A DNA stretch of 64,000 bases from a virus (taxonomy: Duplodnaviria; Caudoviricetes): the IMG/VR virus record IMGVR_UViG_3300032290_001644, positions 8,736 through 72,735 of that record, one strand, 5' to 3'. The notes under the pieces were generated by a model that was not told the DNA's origin, searched no databases, and saw only the letters and a program-made list of their open reading frames with translations. Of this stretch, positions 37,672 to 46,274 are shown piece by piece; position 1 is the first letter of the stretch, and each line of letters begins with the position of its first letter. The translations under genes were made by a program, and so were the position numbers.

Positions 37672-38247
37672 ATGGTTGCATTCAAGCCATATCTAGAGAG
37701 TGTAAAAACACTTATCCAAAACAAAATCGACGAAACACGCAAATTGATCCACAAAGCACGATTTATGTCTTACTCTGAAATCCAATCCGAGGCTGAAATC
37801 GGTTTTGCCGTTCTTCCTGATCTAGAAAATGATCTTACCCAGCTCATGTCTATCAGTGCATCACCTAAGTGTATTTATAACGCTACCCCCCATCCTATCC
37901 ATTTCATGGGGACACAAGATAAAGTGTTGTATACAATCAAGCCTTGCGGTTTAATCACACGAATTGCAACACCAAGCACAACAAATTTAACTTGGGATTT
38001 CGTTGTCGCTCCCGTTGATCTAGACGGTTTATATATCCCAATCATCAAAGCTTGTATCACTGAAAAGGCAAGTAGTGATACTTTCATTGATCTACCATCT
38101 TTTGAAGACGGCGTATACTATATCGTATCTGCTCCAGTTTTCCTTGCTCTACCTCATCGATCTGATCTTTTACAAGTGGATCCAGTACGAAACGAGGCTG
38201 GCCAAACAATCGGTGCTAAAGGCTTTTTCAGTCATTCAAGCAAGTGA
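37672..38247 (+). CDS. NxTPH-motif protein, candidate Crn4-like cyclic oligonucleotide ring nuclease with N-terminal helical extension
   Basis: IYNATPHPI...LPSFEDGVYYIVS...HRSDLL...VRNEAGQTIGAKGF; family name recalled from memory. Confidence 0.5.
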   Translation: MVAFKPYLESVKTLIQNKIDETRKLIHKARFMSYSEIQSEAEIGFAVLPDLENDLTQLMSISASPKCIYNATPHPIHFMGTQDKVLYTIKPCGLITRIATPSTTNLTWDFVVAPVDLDGLYIPIIKACITEKASSDTFIDLPSFEDGVYYIVSAPVFLALPHRSDLLQVDPVRNEAGQTIGAKGFFSHSSK

Positions 38248-38377
38248 TATTCATACTTTATTTATTGTATTTATTTTATTATATGTATATATAGTCGAGA
38301 AATCAGCTTGACACTGACAAATCTGAATGTTTTGATTTGAAAAATCCGCTTGACACCTATCACTAAAAAGAGAAATT

Positions 38378-38947
38378 ATGTCCTCAGTACACAAGTATTT
38401 GGTTGAGCAAACTGCCACCACGAACATGGTAAAAAAATTGCAATTCACTGAAATTTGCACTTCCCTTCACCAAACACCTCAAATTTTACGGCCACTCTAT
38501 GATGAAAATCTAGAGGGGGTACTTTTACAACCTGATGGATCCGTGAAAGCTTTATATGAATGGTCTTCCCCAATCAAGGGACCAGAGCAAGCAAGGGATA
38601 ATATCATTCACGCACTTCCCGATGTTGCTATATATGCACCGCTTATTCCATCACTAGATAGTATCACTAGAGAGATTTGGTACTGGCAAACTCAATTCGA
38701 TGGTCGAGCCTCTATCTCTGGGGTACTCAATCACTTAAAGAACGAAATCAAGGAATTTGAAGAGACTGAACAAGGGAGCGAGGCACAAGAGAAAGAGTTT
38801 GCTGATCTTTATATTTTGCTCATGCATCTTGCAGCTCTTTCAAATATCGATATTAAATCAGCAATCACTGCAAAACTTGATCAAGTCAAGAAGAGAGACT
38901 ACTCTGCACAGCCAGATGAACAAGGTTGTATCACTCATAAAAAATAA
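38378..38947 (+). CDS. DUF550/MazG-like dNTP pyrophosphohydrolase with unknown N-terminal domain
   Basis: WQTQF...GVLNHLKNEIKE...EFADLYIL...AITAKL....RDY. Confidence 0.75.
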   Translation: MSSVHKYLVEQTATTNMVKKLQFTEICTSLHQTPQILRPLYDENLEGVLLQPDGSVKALYEWSSPIKGPEQARDNIIHALPDVAIYAPLIPSLDSITREIWYWQTQFDGRASISGVLNHLKNEIKEFEETEQGSEAQEKEFADLYILLMHLAALSNIDIKSAITAKLDQVKKRDYSAQPDEQGCITHKK

Positions 38948-39003
38948 AAATAAAAATTGTCTCTTCGTGTGTTTATAGGCACCTCACACACACAGGATTG
39001 ACC

Positions 39004-39474
39004 ATGAGTGAAAAAGAATTTCTAGATGAATTGAAAGAATTTATCGATCAAGGCGAGCAACCAGATGCATATATGGATCAAGAGTCTTTTCATAAAGAGC
39101 TTGATTATGCGTTTAGTTTGATTGAGCGTACCGAGCAAAACCGTATGTGGTACAAGACTTTTGCCGTGGCAATGCTCCTCACTAGTATGATTGTACCATC
39201 TACATACCAAATCCAATTTTCCATGACTTTTGGCCTTCTCACACTACTTGGTCTTGAGTGTCATGCAAAGGTGAGACTCGATAGGCTACACTGGCTCTAT
39301 GACACAACCGTGGTAAAACGAATGACGGATGATACCTCTGGAAAATACAACCTCAATTTAAGCCAAGTTAGTTATTTTGAATTTTCTTGGTTTCCCCTTT
39401 TTGATTTTGATAGCATTCCCTTCTTTCTGCTCATTTGGGCAACCTACTTTTTATCTTCAGGAGTACTAGCATGA
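39004..39474 (+). CDS. Multi-pass membrane protein
   Basis: Three hydrophobic segments; LDYAFSLIER..N...K and L......RLHWLYD pattern. Confidence 0.6.
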   Translation: MSEKEFLDELKEFIDQGEQPDAYMDQESFHKELDYAFSLIERTEQNRMWYKTFAVAMLLTSMIVPSTYQIQFSMTFGLLTLLGLECHAKVRLDRLHWLYDTTVVKRMTDDTSGKYNLNLSQVSYFEFSWFPLFDFDSIPFFLLIWATYFLSSGVLA

Positions 39475-39653
39475 AACCATGTCTACTCATCACACCTAAA
39501 AACAAGTATGACTTTGAATTCACTTTTGTGGATACCAGAGGCCGTAAGCAATCCAAAGCTCCAAAAAACTTCAGTATCACTCAAGAAGATGTGTACCTCA
39601 AGCAGGGAGCCGTCTTTGTAAATATCAGGGGCCACCTTTATACACATGAATGA
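39471..39653 (+). CDS. Small hypothetical protein
   Basis: 60 aa from MKPCL, ATGA-coupled, GGAG RBS. Confidence 0.55.
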   Translation: MKPCLLITPKNKYDFEFTFVDTRGRKQSKAPKNFSITQEDVYLKQGAVFVNIRGHLYTHE

Positions 39654-39945
39654 CTCTGCCTTTATGATCTTTGCCAAAGAGCTAGCCACTCTATTGGAAC
39701 AAAAAAACCAAGCGTATGGCGATGCTTTCGCTAAGACTACTCAAATCCTTGAGCTACTCTACCCCAATGGTATCCAAAAAGAGCAGTACAAAGATGTACA
39801 TGTCATTGTACGAATGCTTGACAAGATTTCTAGAATTGCAAGAGACAATGACCCAATGGGGGAGTCTCCCTATCAAGACATAGCTGGATATAGCATACTG
39901 GCTTGTGTACAACGGAAAACTAATGAGACTGATACTCAACGATAA
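39646..39945 (+). CDS. Nucleotide-modification-associated all-alpha domain (Nmad1/DUF1599-like, MazG-related)
   Basis: KNQAYGDAF...RMLDKISRI...ESPYQDIAGYSIL. Confidence 0.75.
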   Translation: MNDSAFMIFAKELATLLEQKNQAYGDAFAKTTQILELLYPNGIQKEQYKDVHVIVRMLDKISRIARDNDPMGESPYQDIAGYSILACVQRKTNETDTQR

Positions 39946-40423
39946 ACTTAGATTTTATTACTTAAATCCAGATGAAAATGAGAAATTTTGGGCAAGTAAG
40001 CACCGATCGATGCAAGAGATGATTTCAGATGCTTGTAGAGATTTCCCGATAAAATCCATCATGCTACATCCTAAACGAGACTGGTCTTACCTAGAGATTG
40101 AGGCTCACTTTGGGATGGATGATGAGACAACCAATCCGCCAAAGTCTTTTTTTATCTGGTACGGTAGATTTGAGGTTGTGGGGGATATCTCTGATATGCA
40201 AGACTCATATACGCCAACACGACTCAATTTCTCATACACTTTATGTACGGATCAAAATCCAGTGCATCACCTTGGCCTTAAACGCACCAATATTTTACAA
40301 CTTGAGGGGGATAAGGGTATTCCACTTAGCGAAATTGCATCCGTGTGTAGATCATATATAGGTACACCTGCTGCATGGTGGTCTATGCTACTCTCTATGT
40401 GTGATAACAAGAATGAACAATAA
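39923..40423 (+). CDS. Hypothetical protein
   Basis: About 166 aa from MRLIL. Confidence 0.6.
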   Translation: MRLILNDKLRFYYLNPDENEKFWASKHRSMQEMISDACRDFPIKSIMLHPKRDWSYLEIEAHFGMDDETTNPPKSFFIWYGRFEVVGDISDMQDSYTPTRLNFSYTLCTDQNPVHHLGLKRTNILQLEGDKGIPLSEIASVCRSYIGTPAAWWSMLLSMCDNKNEQ

Positions 40424-40514
40424 TGAAAAAGTTTTATTGATTAGCACTCTTTATATATATAAGTAACTTTTAAATTGTTTATCCTACAAATAAAAAATAA
40501 GGATAAATTCGATC

Positions 40515-41540
40515 ATGGACGATTTACAACTACTGGCGTCATACATAGAAACGCCAACTGATACGGATATACTACAATTGCTCGCTCGACGGTGCAAGCC
40601 AGTACTAGATCAAATGGGTCTCGATGAAAAGATTGAGGCTCAAGTCGTCAAGAAGATAGGTCTTGATGCATGGTGTGATATCCACAAAATTGACGGGACA
40701 ATCGCAAGACTGATCTATGTATATCTAGGACAAGTGAAAACAAAGGTATCTAAGACGACTATGTCCCCAAAAGATCTGCATAGGATGATCTTAGCGGGGA
40801 AATCAACCGCTTATATGGCTCGTAAGCTGAATGTGCATCGTGACTCGGTAAGAAGAGCAATCGTAAAATTCGGGTATGTCGAGCTTTATGAAAGTAATCG
40901 TAAGCGTAGCAAGGTTAAAAAGATTGTTTCCCTACTGGAGAGTAATTCACAAATCACAAATCTTGAGATTGCCAAAATTGTAGGCACTCAAGAGTCATAT
41001 GTAGCGAAGATCAGACATACTCATGGTTTCACGATCAAGACACGAAAGCCACCAGCTGAGTATCTGGAGCAAAAATTGATAGAAGGCTTATGTGCCAAAG
41101 AAATTGCTAGTGAGCTTGGATTGTCTCACCGTACAATTCAAACCTACCTATCAGGCTATGGGATAAAAGTCGGAGACTCCCCCGCTTATCGATCAGTACC
41201 TGCAAGACGAATTGAGGCCTTACTCATAGAAAAGAAGTCAATTGCAGAGATAGCGGATATCCTATGCAAAGCGGAAAGCACGATCAAAACATATATTTAC
41301 CATCATAAACTTAGTCATTTGATTATTAGAAAATTCGACGATCCAGAGCTACCTATTAAGATCAGATCCATGAGAGATGAAGGATACACAAATTCGAAAA
41401 TTGCCGAGACGCTCGATGTTTCCGTCAGCTATGTTTGTGCAGTAGTCAAGAGACTGGGGATGCCATCAAGACGCCACGCCGTACAAAAACAATTCACACT
41501 CTTTGATAATTTTGATGAAATTTTAAACCGCTTAAAATAA
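40515..41540 (+). CDS. Multi-HTH protein (about five modules) with C-terminal clamp-binding-like motif
   Basis: STAYMARKLNV, TNLEIAKIVG, CAKEIASELGL, SIAEIADILC, TNSKIAETLDV; QFTLF near the C-terminus. Confidence 0.75.
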   Translation: MDDLQLLASYIETPTDTDILQLLARRCKPVLDQMGLDEKIEAQVVKKIGLDAWCDIHKIDGTIARLIYVYLGQVKTKVSKTTMSPKDLHRMILAGKSTAYMARKLNVHRDSVRRAIVKFGYVELYESNRKRSKVKKIVSLLESNSQITNLEIAKIVGTQESYVAKIRHTHGFTIKTRKPPAEYLEQKLIEGLCAKEIASELGLSHRTIQTYLSGYGIKVGDSPAYRSVPARRIEALLIEKKSIAEIADILCKAESTIKTYIYHHKLSHLIIRKFDDPELPIKIRSMRDEGYTNSKIAETLDVSVSYVCAVVKRLGMPSRRHAVQKQFTLFDNFDEILNRLK

Positions 41541-41564
41541 ATATAAAAAAATTTTTAAATTCTC

Positions 41565-41616
41565 TTGACTATATAAACAATTTATTATATCTTGATTTTA
41601 CAAAGCAAAACAAACC
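41565..41616 (+). promoter_or_regulatory. Strong sigma70-type promoter plus conserved downstream box
   Basis: TTGACT-17 nt-TATCTT, then TACAAAGCAAAACAAACC at 41599-41616. Confidence 0.75.
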
Positions 41617-41639
41617 ACTTCCCAAAAAGGAAAAACCAA

Positions 41640-42500
41640 ATGAAATCCATTTTTCAATTCACACACACAACAACACTCGCAACCGCTCACATCATCGTTG
41701 ATGGCTCAAAGTTTTCTCTCGTAAATGCACAAGGCATCCCCCTCTGCACAAGCCAAATCACAACCTCTGAATTTTCCCCCATGCTTGTTGTCACTGCAAA
41801 AAGCTTAGGATACAAGATGACTGGCATCCAACACTTTGAAATCATCTTCGAACAAGTGGCTCACGATACAGCAGATCAAATTCATGTCTTGGTAGACGCT
41901 GTTGCTCAAACCGTTGACGCTGTTGCTCAAGTGATTGAAACCTCCGCTATCGCAATTCAAGAAATGCAAGATGATGATTGTACATGTGTAGATCAAGTCA
42001 AATCTCTTCGTGGTATGATCAATAGCAGCTTTGCTATGGTCAACCAATTACAAAAGAGTTTGAACGCTCTATCCTATGATCTAGAGTCTTGTATGGATAA
42101 ACTCATGGACGCCTCTGGTGAAGTACAAGTGGCCGAGCTTTTTGAGACTACCGAACAAGAAGAAACTCGTATCAAGGAAGATCAAATTGCAGAGGCACAT
42201 AAAAAAGCATCAGCACTTGGTCTCTCTTCTGAAATCAAAGATGAAACTTTCATGATGCCTTACAGCCGTGATAGAAAGCCAGGTATCAAAGATAGACTCT
42301 TGATTTCTTACGGCAAGACTGAATATCTCATCATTGCTGGAGACGACGGCGAGGCATTTACCTTGTGTCAGTGGTATGATAGAGCTGGTGGCACTACTGG
42401 TGAGTATACTACAACGCATACCAACCTCATGGATTTCTTAGATGAGATTGAGGATGACATGATTGCGTTTGATGCTGAGAATGAAGAGTACCAGTACTAA
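41640..42500 (+). CDS. Acidic early hypothetical protein
   Basis: 286 aa from MKSIF (AAGG RBS); tail DEIEDDMIAFDAENEEYQY. Confidence 0.7.
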   Translation: MKSIFQFTHTTTLATAHIIVDGSKFSLVNAQGIPLCTSQITTSEFSPMLVVTAKSLGYKMTGIQHFEIIFEQVAHDTADQIHVLVDAVAQTVDAVAQVIETSAIAIQEMQDDDCTCVDQVKSLRGMINSSFAMVNQLQKSLNALSYDLESCMDKLMDASGEVQVAELFETTEQEETRIKEDQIAEAHKKASALGLSSEIKDETFMMPYSRDRKPGIKDRLLISYGKTEYLIIAGDDGEAFTLCQWYDRAGGTTGEYTTTHTNLMDFLDEIEDDMIAFDAENEEYQY

Positions 42501-42542
42501 GCAAGATTAATAAATAAATATAAAAAAAATTTTAAATTTCTC

Positions 42543-42594
42543 TTGACTATATAAACAAATCATTATATACATAAATTACAAAGCAAAACAAACC
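42543..42594 (+). promoter_or_regulatory. Near-duplicate of the 41565 promoter
   Basis: TTGACT-17 nt-TATACA; identical 18-bp box at 42577-42594. Confidence 0.75.
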
Positions 42595-42610
42595 TACAAA
42601 GGAAAACAAA

Positions 42611-43507
42611 ATGTTTATCGATTTCGACGCAATCATTGCACAAGAAAACCAAACCACAAAATTAGAAACCGTTCGCACCTATGTTGACGCCAAAGGCCGC
42701 AAGTACTTCGTACGCTATACCGATGAAAACAATGGATCTTTCCATGTTGTGCGTGAAGATGGCTACTATGTTGTCCCCATGGCTTATGATGCACATACCT
42801 GCTTCTTGCTCTGTGATGCTAATGGTCTCGTAGAAGAGAGTAAGGTTGTCGTTGCTCAAGCTCAAGCAGTAGCTGCAATCGATGATGAAATCAAAGTACT
42901 TGAAGAAAAGCTTGCACAAATGAAGGCAGAAAAACAAGCAATTGTAGATGCAGTAGAAATCAAGTCTGCTGAATGCAAGATCGGGATTTTTCATGTAGAG
43001 ATTGCTGTTGGTACTCGCCACTTTACCACAATCGAGGTATCTAGCTCTGAAGGCAGATTGTTTACTGGCTTTACAAGAGTGAGTCATGCAATCGCAGGCA
43101 AGACCGAAATCTTAAGACTGCTTACCCAAATTGCCAAGGCAAGCAGCATGTCTTCCTTGATCGATACCATCAACGCAAATCGAGGTGCTGGCGAGAGTTT
43201 GGTTGACTGGAATGTGAGACTCGAAGATGATGAGTTTACGGTAGCACTACATAGGACAGGCTTTTACGCTCAAGGCCTTGGGATTGATGAGCAGTATGAT
43301 GCACCAGCAGATATCAAAACCTTGGAAGAGGCAACCTTGTGGTTTGAAAAAAATCTCATGCCAACCTGGATTGCATACCGTCAATCTTGTGACATTGATC
43401 ATGCTCAAACACTTTGCCAAATCGCTCTCGATTGTGGTTGTACTCAGTACGAAGATGAAGACGAGTACGAATTTAGCGACAATGATGCTTGGAAGAGATG
43501 GGAATAG
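42611..43507 (+). CDS. Acidic early hypothetical protein
   Basis: 298 aa, AAGGA RBS, central coiled coil, tail EDEDEYEFSDND. Confidence 0.7.
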   Translation: MFIDFDAIIAQENQTTKLETVRTYVDAKGRKYFVRYTDENNGSFHVVREDGYYVVPMAYDAHTCFLLCDANGLVEESKVVVAQAQAVAAIDDEIKVLEEKLAQMKAEKQAIVDAVEIKSAECKIGIFHVEIAVGTRHFTTIEVSSSEGRLFTGFTRVSHAIAGKTEILRLLTQIAKASSMSSLIDTINANRGAGESLVDWNVRLEDDEFTVALHRTGFYAQGLGIDEQYDAPADIKTLEEATLWFEKNLMPTWIAYRQSCDIDHAQTLCQIALDCGCTQYEDEDEYEFSDNDAWKRWE

Positions 43508-43508
43508 C

Positions 43509-43928
43509 CTAGCCTACCCACTCGACCAAATGAGGTGATTTTCTAATATCTACATGTATCCAACCACGATCGTAAAAGCCTAAACCTTTAAAATCCCATT
43601 TCTTTGCTTTGATACCCTCTCTCACAAATTTGTGAAAAGTTTTGATATCCATATCACGAGCATAGCAATCGACAGCACTGGCAGTGATATGCTGACTCTT
43701 AGTAGCTCCCCCAATTTCTTGGTTGTACTCTGCTGCTCTATACCCACTGGTGATGATGATAGGCTTGCCTAGTGCATCTCTCACTTTTTGTAGCTCAATC
43801 AATAGTTTTTTCGCATTGTCTAGGTACTCATCTGGTATCACTGAACGAAACTCAAGCTCCGATAAATTGAAATTTGTAGTCACTTGTATGTCATGCTTCT
43901 GCTCTGATTTTAAAAGTTGCGGTTTCAT
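43509..43928 (-). CDS. Peptidase M15-family endolysin
   Basis: TNFNLSEL, ITSGYR..EYN..IGGA.KSQH....AVD, GLGFY...WIHVDIR; start at MKPQL (AAGGA RBS). Confidence 0.88.
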   Translation of the reverse strand: MKPQLLKSEQKHDIQVTTNFNLSELEFRSVIPDEYLDNAKKLLIELQKVRDALGKPIIITSGYRAAEYNQEIGGATKSQHITASAVDCYARDMDIKTFHKFVREGIKAKKWDFKGLGFYDRGWIHVDIRKSPHLVEWVG

Positions 43929-44028
43929 CGTGGATCCTTTATTCTGTTGGTGGCAATCAAGCCATGTTTTTGGGGGAGTAGGTGCAACGCCTCTCCCCCT
44001 TAAATTTAAATATTTTTTAAACTTTTGT

Positions 44029-44079
44029 TTGATAAGCCTTCTTATATACGATATCATATAAATACAAAGCAAAAACAAA
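44029..44079 (+). promoter_or_regulatory. Sigma70-type promoter plus conserved downstream box
   Basis: TTGATA-17 nt-TATCAT; TACAAAGCAAAAACAAA at 44063-44079. Confidence 0.7.
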
Positions 44080-44096
44080 TTTCACATGGAGTACAG

Positions 44097-44666
44097 ATGC
44101 TAAAGAAGAGAGATATGCTGGTATATATCCCAGATGAATTGGTAGAGCGATGCAAAAGAGTGGCCAAAAGAAGAACGGATGAAAATCAAGCTCGTAAGTA
44201 TTTTAGGGATGTGAAGAAGTCAAGCGAGTCTCAAGAAACGATTGAGCTTCGGGGGATTGTATGTGAGGCCAGTCTTGCTCTCACACTGGATCTTGATATT
44301 GAGCAAGTCTTTAAAACTGGGGTACGGTCAGCGGTAAGGGGTAGCGATTTGGGGGACCTGGTCTATGACAATTGCTATATCGATGTAAAAGGGGTACGAT
44401 ACCCCCATTCAAACTTGCTCGTATCCATGACTAAGAAAAATACCATGATTGATGTTTTCGTACTTGTGCATGAGAGTGAATGGGGTAATCGTTTCCTAGG
44501 TGCTATTCCCTTCCATAAGGCCTTTGGTCAAAAGATTGTGCTTCAAGACGGTACTGATCTTGGCAATGGGGTAAAACAAGCCGATCTTCTTGATCTTGAT
44601 GATGCTATCCAACAAGCTAAGGCTGAACGAGAACGAATTAGAAGTTTGAGGCCTCGACTCTTATAA
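44097..44666 (+). CDS. PD-(D/E)XK restriction-endonuclease-fold protein
   Basis: GIVCEA...D.GD......IDVK pattern; GGAG RBS before MLKKR. Confidence 0.55.
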   Translation: MLKKRDMLVYIPDELVERCKRVAKRRTDENQARKYFRDVKKSSESQETIELRGIVCEASLALTLDLDIEQVFKTGVRSAVRGSDLGDLVYDNCYIDVKGVRYPHSNLLVSMTKKNTMIDVFVLVHESEWGNRFLGAIPFHKAFGQKIVLQDGTDLGNGVKQADLLDLDDAIQQAKAERERIRSLRPRLL

Positions 44667-45453
44667 TATCACCGAAAAAGCCTAGATTTGAATTGTAAAT
44701 GGATGAAAAGATTTGTGGCTCGGCTTGAGGTGTCCATTCCCTCGATAAAAGCTTGCCATGTATACCAGCAGATAAAATTTGCTCCCACGCATAGGCTATC
44801 ACTGATGAGATATCACTTGATGCAAAATAGAGAGCTGGGGTATCCCCCGACACTTGAGCTTGTGGTACAAGGATACCACCATTTGGATCAGTCTCTCTAG
44901 GCTCGCCGTCTTCTCTCATGTATGTCACTGGTGCACTAAAGATCGATCCATCAACATATACGGCAAACAAGCCTTTGTCATCTTGTGCTATCCAAAAGGG
45001 TAAAAGCTTAATCGTGTATGTTGTACCACTTACAAAATTGGCTTTGTTCCACAAACTGGTATCTATATCACTAAAGATCAAATTTGTAGATCCGCTTACA
45101 CGCTCCAGATAGTAGATCTTGCCGTCTATCTCTACCCACCTACCTTCATATCGAGTATGAAAATCAGTGCCTTGTAGTGTACGACTACCTATAGCAATGA
45201 CTTGTGTCTCGGTGCTATCAATCCAACCTTGTAGCAAATTTTTGAAAAAGGCAAAGGCTGTGCCTACTGTACCCCTTGCTCCATAGGCAACTGAGCGAAG
45301 AGCCTCTCTCACATATTGCTCTGGAATAAAAGGCAAGCGGTGAAAGCCGTACATCGATAAAATCCGTTGAAAATCAATGCCTTTTGCTCTATGCAATAAA
45401 GTTTCATTCTTGATCTGATCTGCTTTAGATATCGGATATAACATAGGAAACAA
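44638..45453 (-). CDS. Baseplate or tail-associated protein
   Basis: AKGIDFQRILSMYGFHR...GARGT resembles wedge gpI-type N-termini; position in the baseplate operon. Confidence 0.5.
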   Translation of the reverse strand: MFPMLYPISKADQIKNETLLHRAKGIDFQRILSMYGFHRLPFIPEQYVREALRSVAYGARGTVGTAFAFFKNLLQGWIDSTETQVIAIGSRTLQGTDFHTRYEGRWVEIDGKIYYLERVSGSTNLIFSDIDTSLWNKANFVSGTTYTIKLLPFWIAQDDKGLFAVYVDGSIFSAPVTYMREDGEPRETDPNGGILVPQAQVSGDTPALYFASSDISSVIAYAWEQILSAGIHGKLLSREWTPQAEPQIFSSIYNSNLGFFGDIIRVEASNF

Positions 45454-46261
45454 CCCCCCCTCTTAGAATGTTGGATGCAAGCTTGGTGAATTGAAGATTT
45501 CGGAAGGTTGTATTTGTCTTGCTTGTATATGTGAATAAGCGATTTTCCACAAATAGCGAGCCTTGATCGGGGAAACCGATTGTGCTTTCTACATGCAAGA
45601 TCTGATCCGCTAGATCATCAAAATCACTGACCAAAATCGTCGTTGGTTGTCCTACTAGATTGTGTATTTGCTCCCCTACCGTAAGCAACATGCTTTCAAG
45701 TACGCCAAAATCATAGGTATCTTTGCCAATTGGATCAATACGGCTATCTCGTGGACCAGTAGCAAGAGATGGGGGGATTTGCTTCCTCATAGAATAAACT
45801 GATGATGCTCTAAATCGATCCACTACGACAAGCGAGTCATCAAGCCGTAAACTTTGGAAATTCCCCCACTCAACAAGAATTGAATATGTACCCTTTGCAA
45901 GCGGTGGGACATAACACACAACCATAGTCTGCCAAACATCAGTGTAGCAGTTACCTTGAGACTGGGGAAAGCCACCATGGGAAATAGCTTGAGTCATCCC
46001 TTGATCATCAATAAAAGATACTTTGAAACCGCCAACAGATAGGGGGTAGCGGGTAGTGCTTGCAAGTGTTTTCCAATCGGCATAGATATGGAGACGAGTA
46101 CCCCCATGATTAGGTACAATCGCATGACTTAGTGAGCTAGAGGCTACCACTTGATCATAAGGTGAGCCAAAACCGGTATCTCTTAGTGATGGGGTATATG
46201 GTGAGCCAAAGCCAGCGTTTGTCGCTTGGGGATATATCGGTGAGCCAAAGCCTGTTTCCAT
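45425..46261 (-). CDS. Tail or baseplate structural protein with GFGSP repeats
   Basis: Three N-terminal GFGSP repeats followed by an Ig/IPT-like beta region. Confidence 0.5.
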   Translation of the reverse strand: METGFGSPIYPQATNAGFGSPYTPSLRDTGFGSPYDQVVASSSLSHAIVPNHGGTRLHIYADWKTLASTTRYPLSVGGFKVSFIDDQGMTQAISHGGFPQSQGNCYTDVWQTMVVCYVPPLAKGTYSILVEWGNFQSLRLDDSLVVVDRFRASSVYSMRKQIPPSLATGPRDSRIDPIGKDTYDFGVLESMLLTVGEQIHNLVGQPTTILVSDFDDLADQILHVESTIGFPDQGSLFVENRLFTYTSKTNTTFRNLQFTKLASNILRGGVVSYVISDI

Positions 46262-46274
46262 GATTGACTCCTTC

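Noticed and set aside
10826-39945. Z-genome (2-aminoadenine) system
   Set aside because: A PolA variant and a DUF550-like gene are present, but no PurZ or DatZ is in the window, so it is not supportable.
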